NCBI GenBank assembly: GCA_964016885.1
Contig: OZ024744.1
Span: forward strand, 104,284,001-104,348,000
Source of the DNA: Eledone cirrhosa
Lineage: Eukaryota
Length of the DNA: 64,000 bases
Direction: 5' to 3'
Shown here one piece after another: positions 47,439 through 63,671 of this stretch. Position 1 is the stretch's first letter, and each line of letters starts with the position of its first letter. The translations under genes and the position numbers were made by a program. The notes below the pieces were generated by a model, which worked only from the letters and a program-made list of their open reading frames with translations, searched no databases and was not told the DNA's origin.

Positions 47439-50400
47439 TAAATGACACCACAATACTAGTGTCAGATATACCTAGTAAATGACACCCCAATATTACTAGT
47501 GTCAGATATACCTAGTACATGACACCACAATACTAGTGACAGATATACCTAGTAAATGACACCACAATACTACTAGTGTCAGATATACCTAGTAAATGAC
47601 ACCCCAATACTACTAGTGTCAGATATACCTAGTAAATGACACCATAATACTACTAGTGTCAGATATACCTAGTACATGACACCACAATACTACTAGTGTC
47701 AGGTAAACCTGGTAAATGACACCACAATACTACTAGTGTCAGATATACCTAGTAAATGACACCATAATACTACTAGTGTCAGATATACCTAGTAAATGAC
47801 ACCACAATACTAGTGTCAGATATACCTAGTAAATGACACCATAATACTACTAGTGTCAGGTATACCTAGTAAATGACACCACAATACTACTAGTGTCAGA
47901 TATACCTAGTAAATGACACCACAATACTACTAGTGTCAGATATACCTAGTAAATGACACCATAATACTACTAGTGTCAGGTATAACTAGTAAATGACACC
48001 ACAATACTACTAGTGTCATGTATAACTAGTAAATGACACCACAATACTACTAGTGTCAGGTATAACTAGTAAATGACACCACAATACTACTAGTGTCAGA
48101 TATACCTAGTAAATGACACCACAATACTAGTGTCAGATATACCTAGTAAATGACACCACAATACTAGTGTCAGATATAACTAGTAAATGACACCACAATA
48201 CTACTAGTGTCAGATAAACCTGGTAAATGACACCACAATACTACTAGTGTCAGATATACCTAGTAAATGACACCACAATACTAGTGTCAGATATAACTAG
48301 TAAATGACAGCACAATACTACTAGTGTCAGATATACCTAGTAAATGAGACCACAATACTACTAGTGTCAGATATACCTAGTAAATGACACCATAATACTA
48401 CTAGTGTTAGATATACCTAGTAAATGACACCACAATACTACTAGTGTCAGATATACCTAGTAAATGACACCATAATACTACTAGTGTTAGATATACCTAG
48501 TAAATGACACCACAATACTACTAGTGTCAGATATACCTAGTAAATGACACCACAATGCTACTAGTGTTAGATATAACTAGTAAATGACACCACAATACTA
48601 CTAGTGTCAGATATAACTAGTAAATGACACCACAATACTACTAGTGTTAGATATACCTAGTAAATGACACCATAATACTACTAATGTTAGATATACCTAG
48701 TAAATGACACCACAATACTACTAGTGTCAGATATACCTAGTAAATGACACCACAATACTACTAGTGTTAGATATAACTAGTAAATGACACCACAATACTA
48801 GTGTCAGATATACTTAGTAAATGACACCACAATACGACTAGTGTCAGATATACCTAGTAAATGACACCACAATACTAGTGTCAGATATACCTAGTAAATG
48901 ACACCACAATACTACTAGTGTCAGATATACCTAGTAAATGACACCATAATACTACTAGTGTTAGTTATACCTAGTAAATGACACCACAATACTACTAGTG
49001 TCAGATATAACTAGTAAATGACACCACAATACTACTAGTGTCAGATATAACTAGTAAATGACACCACAATACTACTAGTGTCAGATATACCTAGTAAATG
49101 ACACCACAATACTACTAGTGTCAGATATACCTAGTAAATGACACCACAATACTACTAGCGTTAGATATACCTAGTAAATGACACCACAATACTACTAGTG
49201 TCAGATATACCTAGTAAATGACACCATAATACGACTAGTGTTAAATATACCTAGTAAATGACACCACAATACTACTAGTGTCAGATATACCTAGTAAATG
49301 ACACCATAATACTCCTAGTGTTAGATATACCTAGTAAATGACACCACAATACTACTAGTGTCAGATATACCTAGTAAATGACACCACAATACTACTACTG
49401 TTAGATATACCTAGTAAATGACACCACAATACTACTAGTGTCAGATATACCTAGTAAATGACACCACAATACTACTAGTGTTAGATATAACTAGTAAATG
49501 ACCCACAATAATAGTGTTAGATATACCTAGTAAATGACACCACAATACTAGTGTCAGATATACCTAGTAAATGACACCACAATACTACTAGTGCGAGATA
49601 TATCTAGTAAATGACACCACAATACTACTAGTGTCAGATATACCTAGTAAATGACACCATAATACTACTAGTGTCAGGTATAACTAGTAAATGACACCAC
49701 AATACTACTAGTGTCAGGTATAACTAGTAAATGACACCACAATACTACTAGTGTCAGGTATAACTAGTAAATGACACCACAATACTACTAGTGTCAGATA
49801 TACCTAGTAAATGACACCACAATACTAGTGTCAGATATACCTAGTAAATGACACCACAATACTAGTGTCTGATATAACTAGTAAATGACACCACAATACT
49901 ACTAGTGTCAGATATACCTAGTAAATGACACCACAATACTACTAGTGTCAGATATACCTAGTAAATGACACCACAATACTAGTGTCAGATATACCTAGTA
50001 AATGACACCACAATACTAGTGTCAGATATAACTAGTAAATGACACCACAATACTACTAGTGTCAGATAAACCTGGTAAATGACACTACAATACTACTAGT
50101 GTCAGATATACCTAGTAAATGACACCACAATACTACTAGTGTCAGATATACCTAGTAAATGACACCACAATACTAGTGTCAGATATACCTAGTAAATGAC
50201 ACCACAATACTAGTGTCTGATATAACTAGTAAATGACACCACAATACTACTAGTGTCAGATATACCTAGTAAATGACACCACAATACTACTAGTGTCAGA
50301 TATACCTAGTAAATGACACCACAATACTACTCGTGTTAGCTATACCTAGTAAATGAGACCACAATACTACTAGTGTCAGATATACCTAGTAAATGACACC

Positions 50401-53400
50401 ATAATACTACTAGTGTTAGATATACCTAGTAAATGACACCACAATACTACTAGTGTCAGATATACCTAGTAAATGACACCACAATACTACTAGTGTTAGA
50501 TATAACTAGTAAATGACACCACAATACTACTAGTGTCAGATATAACTAGTAAATGACACCACAATACTACTAGTGTTAGATATACCTAGTAAATGACACC
50601 ATAATACTACTAATGTTAGATATACCTAGTAAATGACACCACAATACTACTAGTGTCAGATATACCTAGTAAATGACACCACAATACTACTAGTGTTAGA
50701 TATAACTAGTAAATGACACCACAATACTAGTGTCAGATATACTTAGTAAATGACACCTCAATACTACTAGTGTCAGATATACCTAGTAAATGACACCACA
50801 ATACTAGTGTCAGATATACCTAGTAAATGACACCATAATACTACTAGTGTTAGTTATACCTAGTAAATGACACCACAATACTACTAGTGTCAGATATAAC
50901 TAGTAAATGACACCACAATACTACTAGTGTCAGATATAACTAGTAAATGACACCACAATACTACTAGTGTCAGATATACCTAGTAAATGACACCACAATA
51001 CTACTAGTGTCAGATATACCTAGTAAATGACACCACAATACTACTAGCGTTAGATATACCTAGTAAATGACACCACAATACTACTAGTGTCAGATATACC
51101 TAGTAAATGACACCATAATACTACTAGTGTTAGATATACCTAGTAAATGACACCACAATACTACTAGTGTCAGATATACCTAGTAAATGACACCACAATA
51201 CTACTAGTGTTAGATATACCTAGTAAATGACACCACAATACTACTAGTGTCAGATATACCTAGTAAATGACACCACAATACTACTAGTGTTAGATATAAC
51301 TAGTAAATGACCCACAATACTAGTGTTAGATATACCTAGTAAATGACACCACAATACTAGTGTCAGATATACCTAGTAAATGACACCACAATACTACTAG
51401 TGTCAGATATATCTAGTAAATGACACCACAATACTACTAGTGTCAGATATACCTAGTAAATGACACCACAATACTACTAGTGTCAGATATACCTAGTAAA
51501 TGACACCACAATACTACTAGTGTTAGATATACCTAGTAAATGACACCACAATACTACTAGTGTCAGATATACCTAGTAAATGACACCACAATACTACTAG
51601 TGTTAGATATAACTAGTACATGACCCACAATACTAGTGTTAGATATACCTAGTAAATGACACCACAATACTAGTGTCAGATATACCTAGTAAATGACACC
51701 ACAATACTACTAGTGTCAGATATATCTAGTAAATGACACCACAATACTACTAGTGTCAGATATACCTAGTAAATGACACCATAATACTACTAGTGTCAGG
51801 TATAACTAGTAAATGACACCACAATACTACTAGTGTCAGGTATAACTAGTAAATGACACCACAATACTACTAGTGTCAGGTATAACTAGTAAATGACACC
51901 ACAATACTACTAGTGTCAGATATACATAGTAAATGACACCACAATACTAGTGTCAGATATACCTAGTAAATGACACCACAATACTAGTGTCAGATATAAC
52001 TAGTAAATGACACCACAATACTACTAGTGTCAGATAAACCTGGTAAATGACACCACAATACTACTAGTGTCAGATATACCTAGTAAATGACACTACAATA
52101 CTACTAGTGTCAGATATACCTAGTAAATGACACCACAATACTAGTGTCAGATATACCTAGTAAATGACACCACAACACTATTGTCTGATATAACTAGTAA
52201 ATGACACCACAATACTACTAGTGTCAGATATACCTAGTAAATGACACCACAATACTACTAGTGTCAGATATACCTAGTAAATGACACCACAATACTACTA
52301 GTGTTAGCTATACCTAGTAAATGAGACCACAATACTACTAGTGTCAGATATACCTAGTAAATGACACCATAATACTACTAGTTTTAGATATACCTAGTAA
52401 ATGACACCACAATACTACTAGTGTCAGATATACCTAGTAAATGACACCACAATACTACTAGTGTTAGATATAACTAGTAAATGACACCACAATACTACTA
52501 GTGTCAGATATAACTAGTAAATGACACCACAATACTACTAGTGTTAGATATACCTAGTAAATGACACCATAATACTACTAATGTTAGATATACCTAGTAA
52601 ATGACACCACAATACTACTAGTGTCAGATATACCTAGTAAATGACACCACAATACTACTAGTGTTAGATATAACTAGTAAATGACACCACAATACTAGTG
52701 TCAGATATACTTAGTAAATGACACCACAATACTACTAGTGTCAGATATACCTAGTAAATGACACCACAATACTAGTGTCAGATATACCTAGTAAATGACA
52801 CCATAATACTACTAGTGTTAGTTATACCTAGTAAATGACACCACAATACTACTAGTGTCAGATATAACTAGTAAATGACACCACAATACTACTAGTGTCA
52901 GATATAACTAGTAAATGACACCACAATACTACTAGTGTCAGATATACCTAGTAAATGACACCACAATACTACTAGTGTCAGATATACCTAGTAAATGACA
53001 CCACAATACTACTAGCGTTAGATATACCTAGTAAATGACACCACAATACTACTAGTGTCAGATATACCTAGTAAATGACACCATAATACAACTAGTGTTA
53101 GATATACCTAGTAAATGACACCACAATACTACTAGTGTCAGATATACCTAGTAAATGACACCATAATACTACTAGTGTTAGATATACCTAGTAAATGACA
53201 CCACAATACTACTAGTGTCAGATATACCTAGTAAATGACACCACAATACTACTAGTGTTAGATATACCTAGTAAATGACACCACAATACTACTAGTGTCA
53301 GATATACCTAGTAAATGACACCATAATACTACTAGTGTTAGATATACCTAGTAAATGACACCACAATACTACTAGTGTCAGATATACCTAGTAAATGACA

Positions 53401-56400
53401 CCACAATACTACTAGTGTTAGATATACCTAGTAAATGACACCACAATACTACTAGTGTCAGATATACCTAGTAAATGACACCACAATACTACTAGTGTTA
53501 GATATAACTAGTAAATGACCCACAATACTAGTGTTAGATATACCTAGTAAATGACACCACAATACTAGTGTCAGATATATCTAGTAAATGACACCACAAT
53601 ACTACTAGTGTCAGATATATCTAGTAAATGACACCACAATACTACTAGTGTCAGATATATCTAGTAAATGACACCACAATACTACTAGTGTCAGATATAC
53701 CTAGTAAATGACACCATAATACTACTAGTGTCAGGTATAACTAGTAAATGACACCACAATACTACTAGTGTCAGGTATAACTAGTAAATGACACCACAAT
53801 ACTACTAGTGTCAGGTATAACTAGTAAATGACACCACAATACTACTAGTGTCAGATATACATAGTAAATGACACCACAATACTAGTGTCAGATATACCTA
53901 GTAAATGACACCACAATACTAGTGTCAGATATAACTAGTAAATGACACCACAATACTACTAGTGTCAGATAAACCTGGTAAATGACACCACAATACTACT
54001 AGTGTCAGATATACCTAGTAAATGACACTACAATACTACTAGTGTCAGATATACCTAGTAAATGACACCACAATACTACTAGTGTCAGATATACCTAGTA
54101 AATGACACCACAATACTAGTGTCAGATATACCTAGTAAATGACACCACAACACTAGTGTCTGATATAACTAGTAAATGACACCACAATACTACTAGTGTC
54201 AGATATACCTAGTAAATGACACCACAATACTACTAGTGTCAGATATACCTAGTAAATGACACCACAATACTACTAGTGTTAGCTATACCTAGTAAATGAG
54301 ACCACAATACTACTAGTGTCAGATATACCTAGTAAATGACACCATAATACTACTAGTTTTAGATATACCTAGTAAATGACACCACAATACTACTAGTGTC
54401 AGATATACCTAGTAAATGACACCACAATACTACTAGTGTTAGATATAACTAGTAAATGACACCACAATACTACTAGTGTCAGATATAACTAGTAAATGAC
54501 ACCACAATACTACTAGTGTTAGATATACCTAGTAAATGACACCATAATACTACTAATGTTAGATATACCTAGTAAATGACACCACAATACTACTAGTGTC
54601 AGATATACCTAGTAAATGACACCACAATACTACTAGTGTTAGATATAACTAGTAAATGACACCACAATACTAGTGTCAGATATACTTAGTAAATGACACC
54701 ACAATACTACTAGTGTCAGATATACCTAGTAAATGACACCACAATACTAGTGTCAGATATACCTAGTAAATGACACCATAATACTACTAGTGTTAGTTAT
54801 ACCTAGTAAATGACACCACAATACTACTAGTGTCAGATATAACTAGTAAATGACACCACAATACTACTAGTGTCAGATATAACTAGTAAATGACACCACA
54901 ATACTACTAGTGTCAGATATACCTAGTAAATGACACCACAATACTACTAGTGTCAGATATACCTAGTAAATGACACCACAATACTACTAGCGTTAGATAT
55001 ACCTAGTAAATGACACCACAATACTACTAGTGTCAGATATACCTAGTAAATGACACCATAATACAACTAGTGTTAGATATACCTAGTAAATGACACCACA
55101 ATACTACTAGTGTCAGATATACCTAGTAAATGACACCATAATACTACTAGTGTTAGATATACCTAGTAAATGACACCACAATACTACTAGTGTCAGATAT
55201 ACCTAGTAAATGACACCACAATACTACTAGTGTTAGATATACCTAGTAAATGACACCACAATACTACTAGTGTCAGATATACCTAGTAAATGACACCATA
55301 ATACTACTAGTGTTAGATATACCTAGTAAATGACACCACAATACTACTAGTGTCAGATATACCTAGTAAATGACACCACAATACTACTAGTGTTAGATAT
55401 ACCTAGTAAATGACACCACAATACTACTAGTGTCAGATATACCTAGTAAATGACACCACAATACTACTAGTGTTAGATATAACTAGTAAATGACCCACAA
55501 TACTAGTGTTAGATATACCTAGTAAATGACACCACAATACTAGTGTCAGATATACCTAGTAAATGACACCACAATACTACTAGTGTCAGATATATCTAGT
55601 AAATGACACCACAATACTACTAGTGTCAGATATACCTAGTAAATGACACCACAATACTACTAGTGTCAGATATACCTAGTAAATGAGACCATAATACTAC
55701 TAGTGTCAGATATATTTAGTAAATGTCACCCCAATACTACTAGTGTCAGATATACCTAGTAAATGACACCACATTACTAGTGTCAGATATACCTAGTAAA
55801 TGACACCACAATACTAGTGTCAGATATACCTAGTAAATGACACCACAATACTACTAGTGTCAGATATACCTAGTAAATGACACCACAATACTACTAGTGT
55901 CAGATATATTTAGTAAATGTCACCACAATACTACTAGTGTCAGATATACCTAGTAAATGACACCACAATACTAGTGTCAGATATACCTAGTAAATGTCAC
56001 TACAATACTACTAGTGTCAGATATACCTAGTAAATGACACCACAATACTAGTGTCAGATATACCTAGTAAATGACACCACAATACTAGTGTCAGATATAC
56101 CTAGTAAATGACACCACAATACTACTAGTGTCAGATATACCTAGTAAATGTCACAACAATACTACTAGTGTCAGATATACCTAGTAAATGACACCACAAT
56201 ACTAGTGTCAGATATACCTAGTAAATGTCACCACAATACTACTACTGTCAGATATACCTAGTAAATGACACCACAATACTAGTGTCAGATATACCTAGTA
56301 AATGACACCATAATACTACTAGTGTCAGATATACCTAGTAAATGACACCATAATACTAGTGTCAGATATACCTAGTAAATGACACCACAATACTACTAGT

Positions 56401-56460
56401 GTCAGATATACCTAGTAAATGACACCATAATACTAGTGTTAGTTATTCCTAGTAAATGAC
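47439..56460. repeat. 40-bp satellite array 2 with ~1.97-kb higher-order repeat
   Basis: Diagnostic variants recur at 1889-1975-bp spacing. Confidence 0.98.
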
Positions 56461-58653
56461 TGAACTTTAGTGAAAATATTTGCTGAGAAAAGTTTTTACA
56501 AATGTTATTATATTTGTGGAGGATCGTTGTAAAAATTTGCAATATTAGAATAAAGACTTTAATTTTTATATTTGTGGACGGCCATGTTGTTATAATATTG
56601 CCAGAAAAATATAGTAAAACACACTCACTGTTTGGTTACAATTGTTTTTATGCAGCTTGGATTTTAACTTACTCTATAAGATATTTTTAACTGGCCATTC
56701 ACAGAAGGGAACTATCTGATCCCAAATAAATATCAACTTATTCATATTCAATTGTATATATTTATAGACAGAATGATAAAAATGAAAAAAAATATAAAGA
56801 AAAGAAGAATGACAGAAAAAGAGGTGGTTGTGGGGTGGGGGAATTTATATCCTTGGCTGGGTGATAATATCTCAGCTGCACGCCTGGGATAGGTAAGATG
56901 GTGAAATCTTTGCAGTGGAGGGCAGCCAGCAATGCGCACTACATCAGCCACTCCACCTCAGAAAGCTGCTTCTTCTGGTGAGATGCTCTCCTCCCAATTT
57001 AATGGAAGAAAACAGCAGTCTAGGAACCAATGTCACTGGAATTCATGATAACAACCAGCAGAAACAGGAACTAGTCAGTTGATGCCTGGTTTTTGGTTAG
57101 ATATATTAAAAGAGAAACACACTCAGATTATGTGAAATTGTTTAATAAATACTTTTGTTAAATAATTGTTTTTATGTTTGGCACAAGGCCAGCAATTACC
57201 CCAGTACATTACTGGTACTATATTTTATCAACCCGCATAAGGATAAAAGGCAAAGTCAACCTTGGCGCGATTTGAACTCAGACCATAACTCTATACTGCA
57301 AAGTATGGTGTACAACCCTCTACCAGTACTGCCAATCCACCACCCTAAATACTTAAATACTTCTGTTAAATAATTCAAATAAATACTTGTTAAATAATAT
57401 CTAATAATACATCTGGACTTTAAATCTTTGGTTATTATTTTGTTCTGATTCAGTATTGTTTGTGTTTATTGTGTTATATACAGAGCTTTTCTTGTGCATT
57501 GTTTTGTTGGTAGAGTTCAGTTTAGATAACAAAGGCAACAAGAGAGAAGTAGTTTCAGGTCACGCTTACACCCTAATCAATATCTCATCTTGAGAGTGGG
57601 CAAAGATGATATTGGTGTTTCTCTAATATTAGTTTCAGAGATTTTGCTAAGAATTCACAATTCTGATTGTTCAGCCATTCCCCGTCTTCCTGATTTGTGT
57701 AACTCTTGTATTTTGTGCTGTCTATGTTAGAATAAATATGTTGTTAATATATGTTACAAATTCTGGGAGAACTATTATACTTTTTAATCATCAGTTATAC
57801 AGAATTCCTTTCAGGTGCAGAAAATATATATAACATCCACCCTCTAATAGAAAACATATATAATAACATCCACCCTCTACTAGAAAACATATAATAACAT
57901 CCACCCTCTACTAGAAAACATATAATAACATCCACCCTCTACTAGAAAACATATCATAACATCCACCCTCTACTAGAAAATATATATAACATCCACCCTC
58001 TACTAGAAAACATATATAATAACATCCACCCCTCTGCTAGAAAACATATCATAACATCCACACTCTACTAGAAAACATATAATAATATCCACCCCTCTAC
58101 TAGAAAACATATATAATAACATCCACACTCTACTAGAAAACATATATAATAACATCCACACTCTACTAGAAAACATATCATAACATCCACCCTCTACTAG
58201 AAAACATATAATAACATCCACCCTCTGCTAGAAAACATATATAACATCCACCCTCTACTAGAAAACATATATAATAACATCCACCCTCTACTAGAAAAAA
58301 TATAATAACATCCACCCTCTACTAGAAAACATATATAATAACATCCACCCTCTACTAGAAAACATATAATAACATCCACCCTCTACTAGAAAACATATAT
58401 AATAACATCCACCCTCTACTAGAAAACATATAATAACATCCACCCTCTACTAGAAAACATATATAATAACATCCACCCTCTACTAGATAATCTCCTCTTC
58501 CTATCAAGTAAAACAACTTTTATGCTGCTCCCATGATAAGTAGGGTGGAGAGTTTGTACAGATGGTGAAGTGGATATGTATTATGCAGAAGATAGGGTGG
58601 AACCTGAGACAATGGGGGGTTAATAGAACTGAAGAAGAAATATTTTGATGAAA
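56461..58653. repeat. Macrosatellite spacer copy 2
   Basis: Near identical to copy 1. Confidence 0.97.
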
Positions 58654-60865
58654 TAAATGACACCACAATACTAGTGTCAGATATACCTAGTAAATGACAC
58701 CCCAATACTACTAGTGACAGATATACCTAGTAAATGACACCACAATACTACTAGTGTCAGATATACCTAGTAAATGACACCACAATACTACTAGTGTCAG
58801 ATATACCTAGTAAATGACACCACAATACTACTAGTGACAGATATACCTAGTACATCACACCACAATACTACTAGTGTCAGATAAACCTGGTAACTGACAC
58901 CACAATACTACTAGTGTCAGATATACCTGGTAAATGACACCACAATACTACTAGTGTCAGATATACCTAGTAAATGACACCATAATACTACTAGTGTCAG
59001 ATATACCTAGTAAATGACACCACAATACTAGTGTCATATATACCTAGTAAATGACACCATAATACTACTAGTGTCAGGTATACCTAGTAAATGACACCAC
59101 AATACTACTAGTGTCAGATATACCTAGTAAATGACACCACAATACTACTAGTGTTAGATATACCTAGTAAATAACACCATAATACTACTAGTGTCAGATA
59201 TACCTAGTAAATGACACCACAATACTACTAGTGTCAGATATACCTAGTAAATGACACCACAATACTACTAGTGTCAGATATACCTAGTAAATGACACCAT
59301 AATACTACTAGTGTCAGGTATAACTAGTAAATGACACCACAATACTACTAGTGTCAGGTATAACTAGTAAATGACACCACAATACTACTAGTGTCGGGTA
59401 TAACTAGTAAATGACACCACAATACTACTAGTGTCAGATAAACCTGGTAAATGACACCACAATACTACTACTGTCAGATATACCTAGTAAATGACACTAC
59501 AATACTACTAGTGTCAGATATACCTAGTAAATGACACCACAATACTACTAGTGTCAGATATACCTAGTAAATGACACCACAATACTAGTGTCAGATATAC
59601 CTAGTAAATGACACCACAATACTAGTGTCTGATATAACTAGTAAATGACACCACAATACTACTAGTGTCAGATATACCTGGTAAATGACACCACAATACT
59701 ACTCGTGTCAGATATACCTAGTAAATGACACCACAATACTACTAGTGTCAGATATACCTAGTAAATGACACCACAATACTAGTGTCAGATATACCTAGTA
59801 AATGACACCACAATACTAGTGTCAGATAAACCTGGTAAATGACACCACAATACTAGTGTCAGATATACCTAGTAAATGACACCACAATACTAGTGTCAGA
59901 TAAACCTGGTAAATGACACCACAATACTAGTGTCAGATATACCTAGTAAATGACACCACAATACTACTAGTGTTAGATATAACTAGTAAATGACACCACA
60001 ATACTACTAGTGTCAGGTATAACTAGTAAATGACACCACAATACTACTAGTGTCAGATATACCTAGTAAATGACACCACAATACTACTCGTGTCAGATAT
60101 ACCTAGTAAATGACGCCACAATACTACTAGTGTCAGATATACCTGGTAAATGACACCACAATACTAGTGTCAGATAAACCTGGTAAATGACACCACAATA
60201 CTAGTGTCAGATATACTTAGTAAATGACACCACAATACTACTAGTGTCAGATATACCTAGTAAATGACAGCACAATACTACTAGTGTTAGATATACCTAG
60301 TAAATGACACCACAATACTACTAGTGTCAGATATACCTAGTAAATGACACCATAATACTACTAGTGTTAGATATACCTAGTAAATGACACCACAATACTA
60401 CTAGTGTCAGATATACCTAGTAAATGACACCACAATGCTACTAATGTTAGATATACCTAGTAAATGACACCACAATACTACTAGTGTCAGATATACCTAG
60501 TAAATGACACCATAATACTACTAGTGTTAGATATACCTAGTAAATGACACCACAATACTACTAGTGTCAGATATACCTAGTAAATGACACCACAATACTA
60601 CTAGTGTTAGATATAACTAGTAAATGACACCACAATACTACTAGTGTCAGATATAACTAGTAAATGACACCACAATACTACTAGTGTTAGATATACCTAG
60701 TACATCACACCACAATACTACTAGTGTCAGATATACCTAGTAAATGACACCACAATACTACTAGTGTCAGATATACCTAGTAAATGACACCACAATACTA
60801 CTAGTGTCAGATATACCTAGTAAATGACACCATAATACTAGTGTTAGTTATTCCTAGTAAATGAC
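58654..60865. repeat. 40-bp satellite array 3
   Basis: Same monomer. Confidence 0.98.
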
Positions 60866-62225
60866 TGAACTTTAGTGAAAATATTTGGCGTACAACCCTC
60901 TACCAGTACTGCCACCCTAAATACTTAAATACTTCTGTTAAATAATTCAAATAAATACTTGTTAAATAATATCTAATAATACATCTGGACTTTAAATCTT
61001 TGGTTATTATTTTGTTCTGATTCAGTATTGTTTGTGTTTATTGTGTTATATACAGAGCTTTTCTTGTGCATTGTTTTGTTGGTAGAGTTCAGTTTAGATT
61101 ACCAAGGCAACAAAAGAGAAGTAGTTTCAGGTCACGCTTACACCCTAATCAATATCTCATCTTGAGAGTGGGCAAAGATGATATTGGTGTTTCTCTAATA
61201 TTAGTTTCAGAGATTTTGCTAAGAATTCACAATTCTGATTGTTCATCCATCCCCCGTCTTCCTGATTTGTGTAACTCTTGTATTTTGTGCTGTCTATGTT
61301 AGAATAAATATGTTGTTAATATATGTTACAAATTCTGGGAGAACTATTATACTTTTTAATCATCAGTTATACAGAATTCCTTTCAGGTGCAGAAAATATA
61401 TATAACATCCACCCTCTAATAGAAAACATATATAATAACATCCACCCTCTACTAGAAAACATATAATAACATCCACCCTCTACTAGAAAACATATAATAA
61501 CATCCACCCTCTACTAGAAAACATATCATAACATCCACCCTCTACTAGAAAACATATATAACATCCACCCTCTACTAGAAAACATATATAATAACATCCA
61601 CCCCTCTGCTAGAAAACATATCATAACATCCACACTCTACTAGAAAACATATAATAATATCCACCCCTCTACTAGAAAACATATATAATAACATCCACAC
61701 TCTACTAGAAAACATATATAATAACATCCACACTCTACTAGAAAACATATCATAACATCCACCCTCTACTAGAAAACATATAATAACATCCACCCTCTGC
61801 TAGAAAACATATATAACATCCACCCTCTACTAGAAAACATATATAATAACATCCACCCTCTACTAGAAAAAATATAATAACATCCACCCTCTACTAGAAA
61901 ACATATATAATAACATCCACCCTCTACTAGAAAACATATAATAACATCCACCCTCTACTAGAAAACATATATAATAACATCCACCCTCTACTAGAAAACA
62001 TATAATAACATCCACCCTCTACTAGAAAACATATATAATAACATCCACCCTCTACTAGATAATCTCCTCTTCCTATCAAGTAAAACAACTTTTATGCTGC
62101 TCCCATGAAAAGTAGGGTGGAGAGTTTGTACAGATGGTGAAGTGGATATGTATTATGCAGAAGATAGGGTGGAACCTGAGACAATGGGGGGTTAATAGAA
62201 CTGAAGAAGAAATATTTTGATGAAA
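60866..62225. repeat. Macrosatellite spacer copy 3 (internal ~825-bp deletion)
   Basis: gaaaatatttg joins directly to g(c)gtacaaccc. Confidence 0.97.
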
Positions 62226-63671
62226 TAAATGACACCACAATACTAGTGTCAGATATACCTAGTAAATGACACCCCAATACTACTAGTGTCAGATATACCT
62301 AGTACATGATACCACAATACTAGTGACAGTTATACCTAGTAAATGACACCACAATACTACTAGTGTCAGATATACCTAGTAAATGACACCCCAATACTAC
62401 TAGTGACAGATATACCTAGGAAATGACACCACAATACTACTAGTGTCAGATATACCTCGTAAATGACACCACAATACTACTAGTGACAGATATACCTAGT
62501 ACATCACACCACAATACTACTAGTGTCAGATAAACCTGGTAACTGACACCACAATACTACTAGTGTCAGATATACCTAGTAAATGACACCATAATACTAC
62601 TAGTGTCAGATATACCTAGTAAATGACACCACAATACTAGTGTCATATATACCTAGTAAATGACACCATAATACTACTAGTGTCAGGTATACCTAGTAAA
62701 TGACACCACAATACTAGTGTCATATATACCTAGTAAATGACACCATAATACTACTAGTGTCAGGTATACCTAGTAAATGACACCACAATACTAGTGTCAT
62801 ATATACCTAGTAAATGACACCATAATACTACTAGTGTCAGGTATACCTAGTAAATGACACCACAATACTACTAGTGTCAGATATACCTAGTAAATGACAC
62901 CACAATACTACTAGTGTCAGATATACCTAGTAAATGACACCACAATACTACTAGTGTCAGATATACCTAGTAAATGACACCACAATACTAGTGTCTGATA
63001 TAACTAGTAAATGACACCACAATACTACTAGTGTCAGGTATACCTAGTAAATGACACCACAATACTACTAGTGTCAGATATACCTAGTAAATGACACCAC
63101 AATACTACTAGTGTCAGATATACCTAGTAAATGACACCACAATACTAGTGTCAGATATACCTAGTAAATGACACCACAATACTACTAGTGTCAGATATAC
63201 CTAGTAAATGACACCACAATACTACTAGTGTCAGATATACCTAGTAAATGACACCACAATACTAGTGTCTGATATAACTAGTAAATGACACCACAATACT
63301 ACTAGTGTCAGGTATACCTAGTAAATGACACCACAATACTACTAGTGTCAGATATACCTAGTAAATGACACCACAATACTACTAGTGTCAGATATACCTA
63401 GTAAATGACACCACAATACTAGTGTCAGATATACCTAGTAAATGACACCACAATACTACTAGTGTCAGATATACCTGGTAAATGGCACCACAATACTAGT
63501 GTCAGATAAACCTGGTAAATGACACCACAATACTAGTGTCAGATATACCTAGTAAATGACACCACAATACTAGTGTCAGATAAACCTGGTAAATGACACC
63601 ACAATACTAGTGTCAGATATACCTAGTAAATGACACCATAATACTAGTGTTAGTTATTCCTAGTAAATGAC
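62226..63671. repeat. 40-bp satellite array 4
   Basis: Same monomer. Confidence 0.98.

Noticed and set aside
46916-47490. Repeated short ORFs in the spacer minisatellite and array edge
   Set aside because: Translations of 30-34-bp and 40-bp repeats.
40862-63671. CRISPR-like array (37-40-bp partly palindromic repeats)
   Set aside because: Repeats are contiguous with no unique spacers, there are no cas genes, and the context is eukaryotic.
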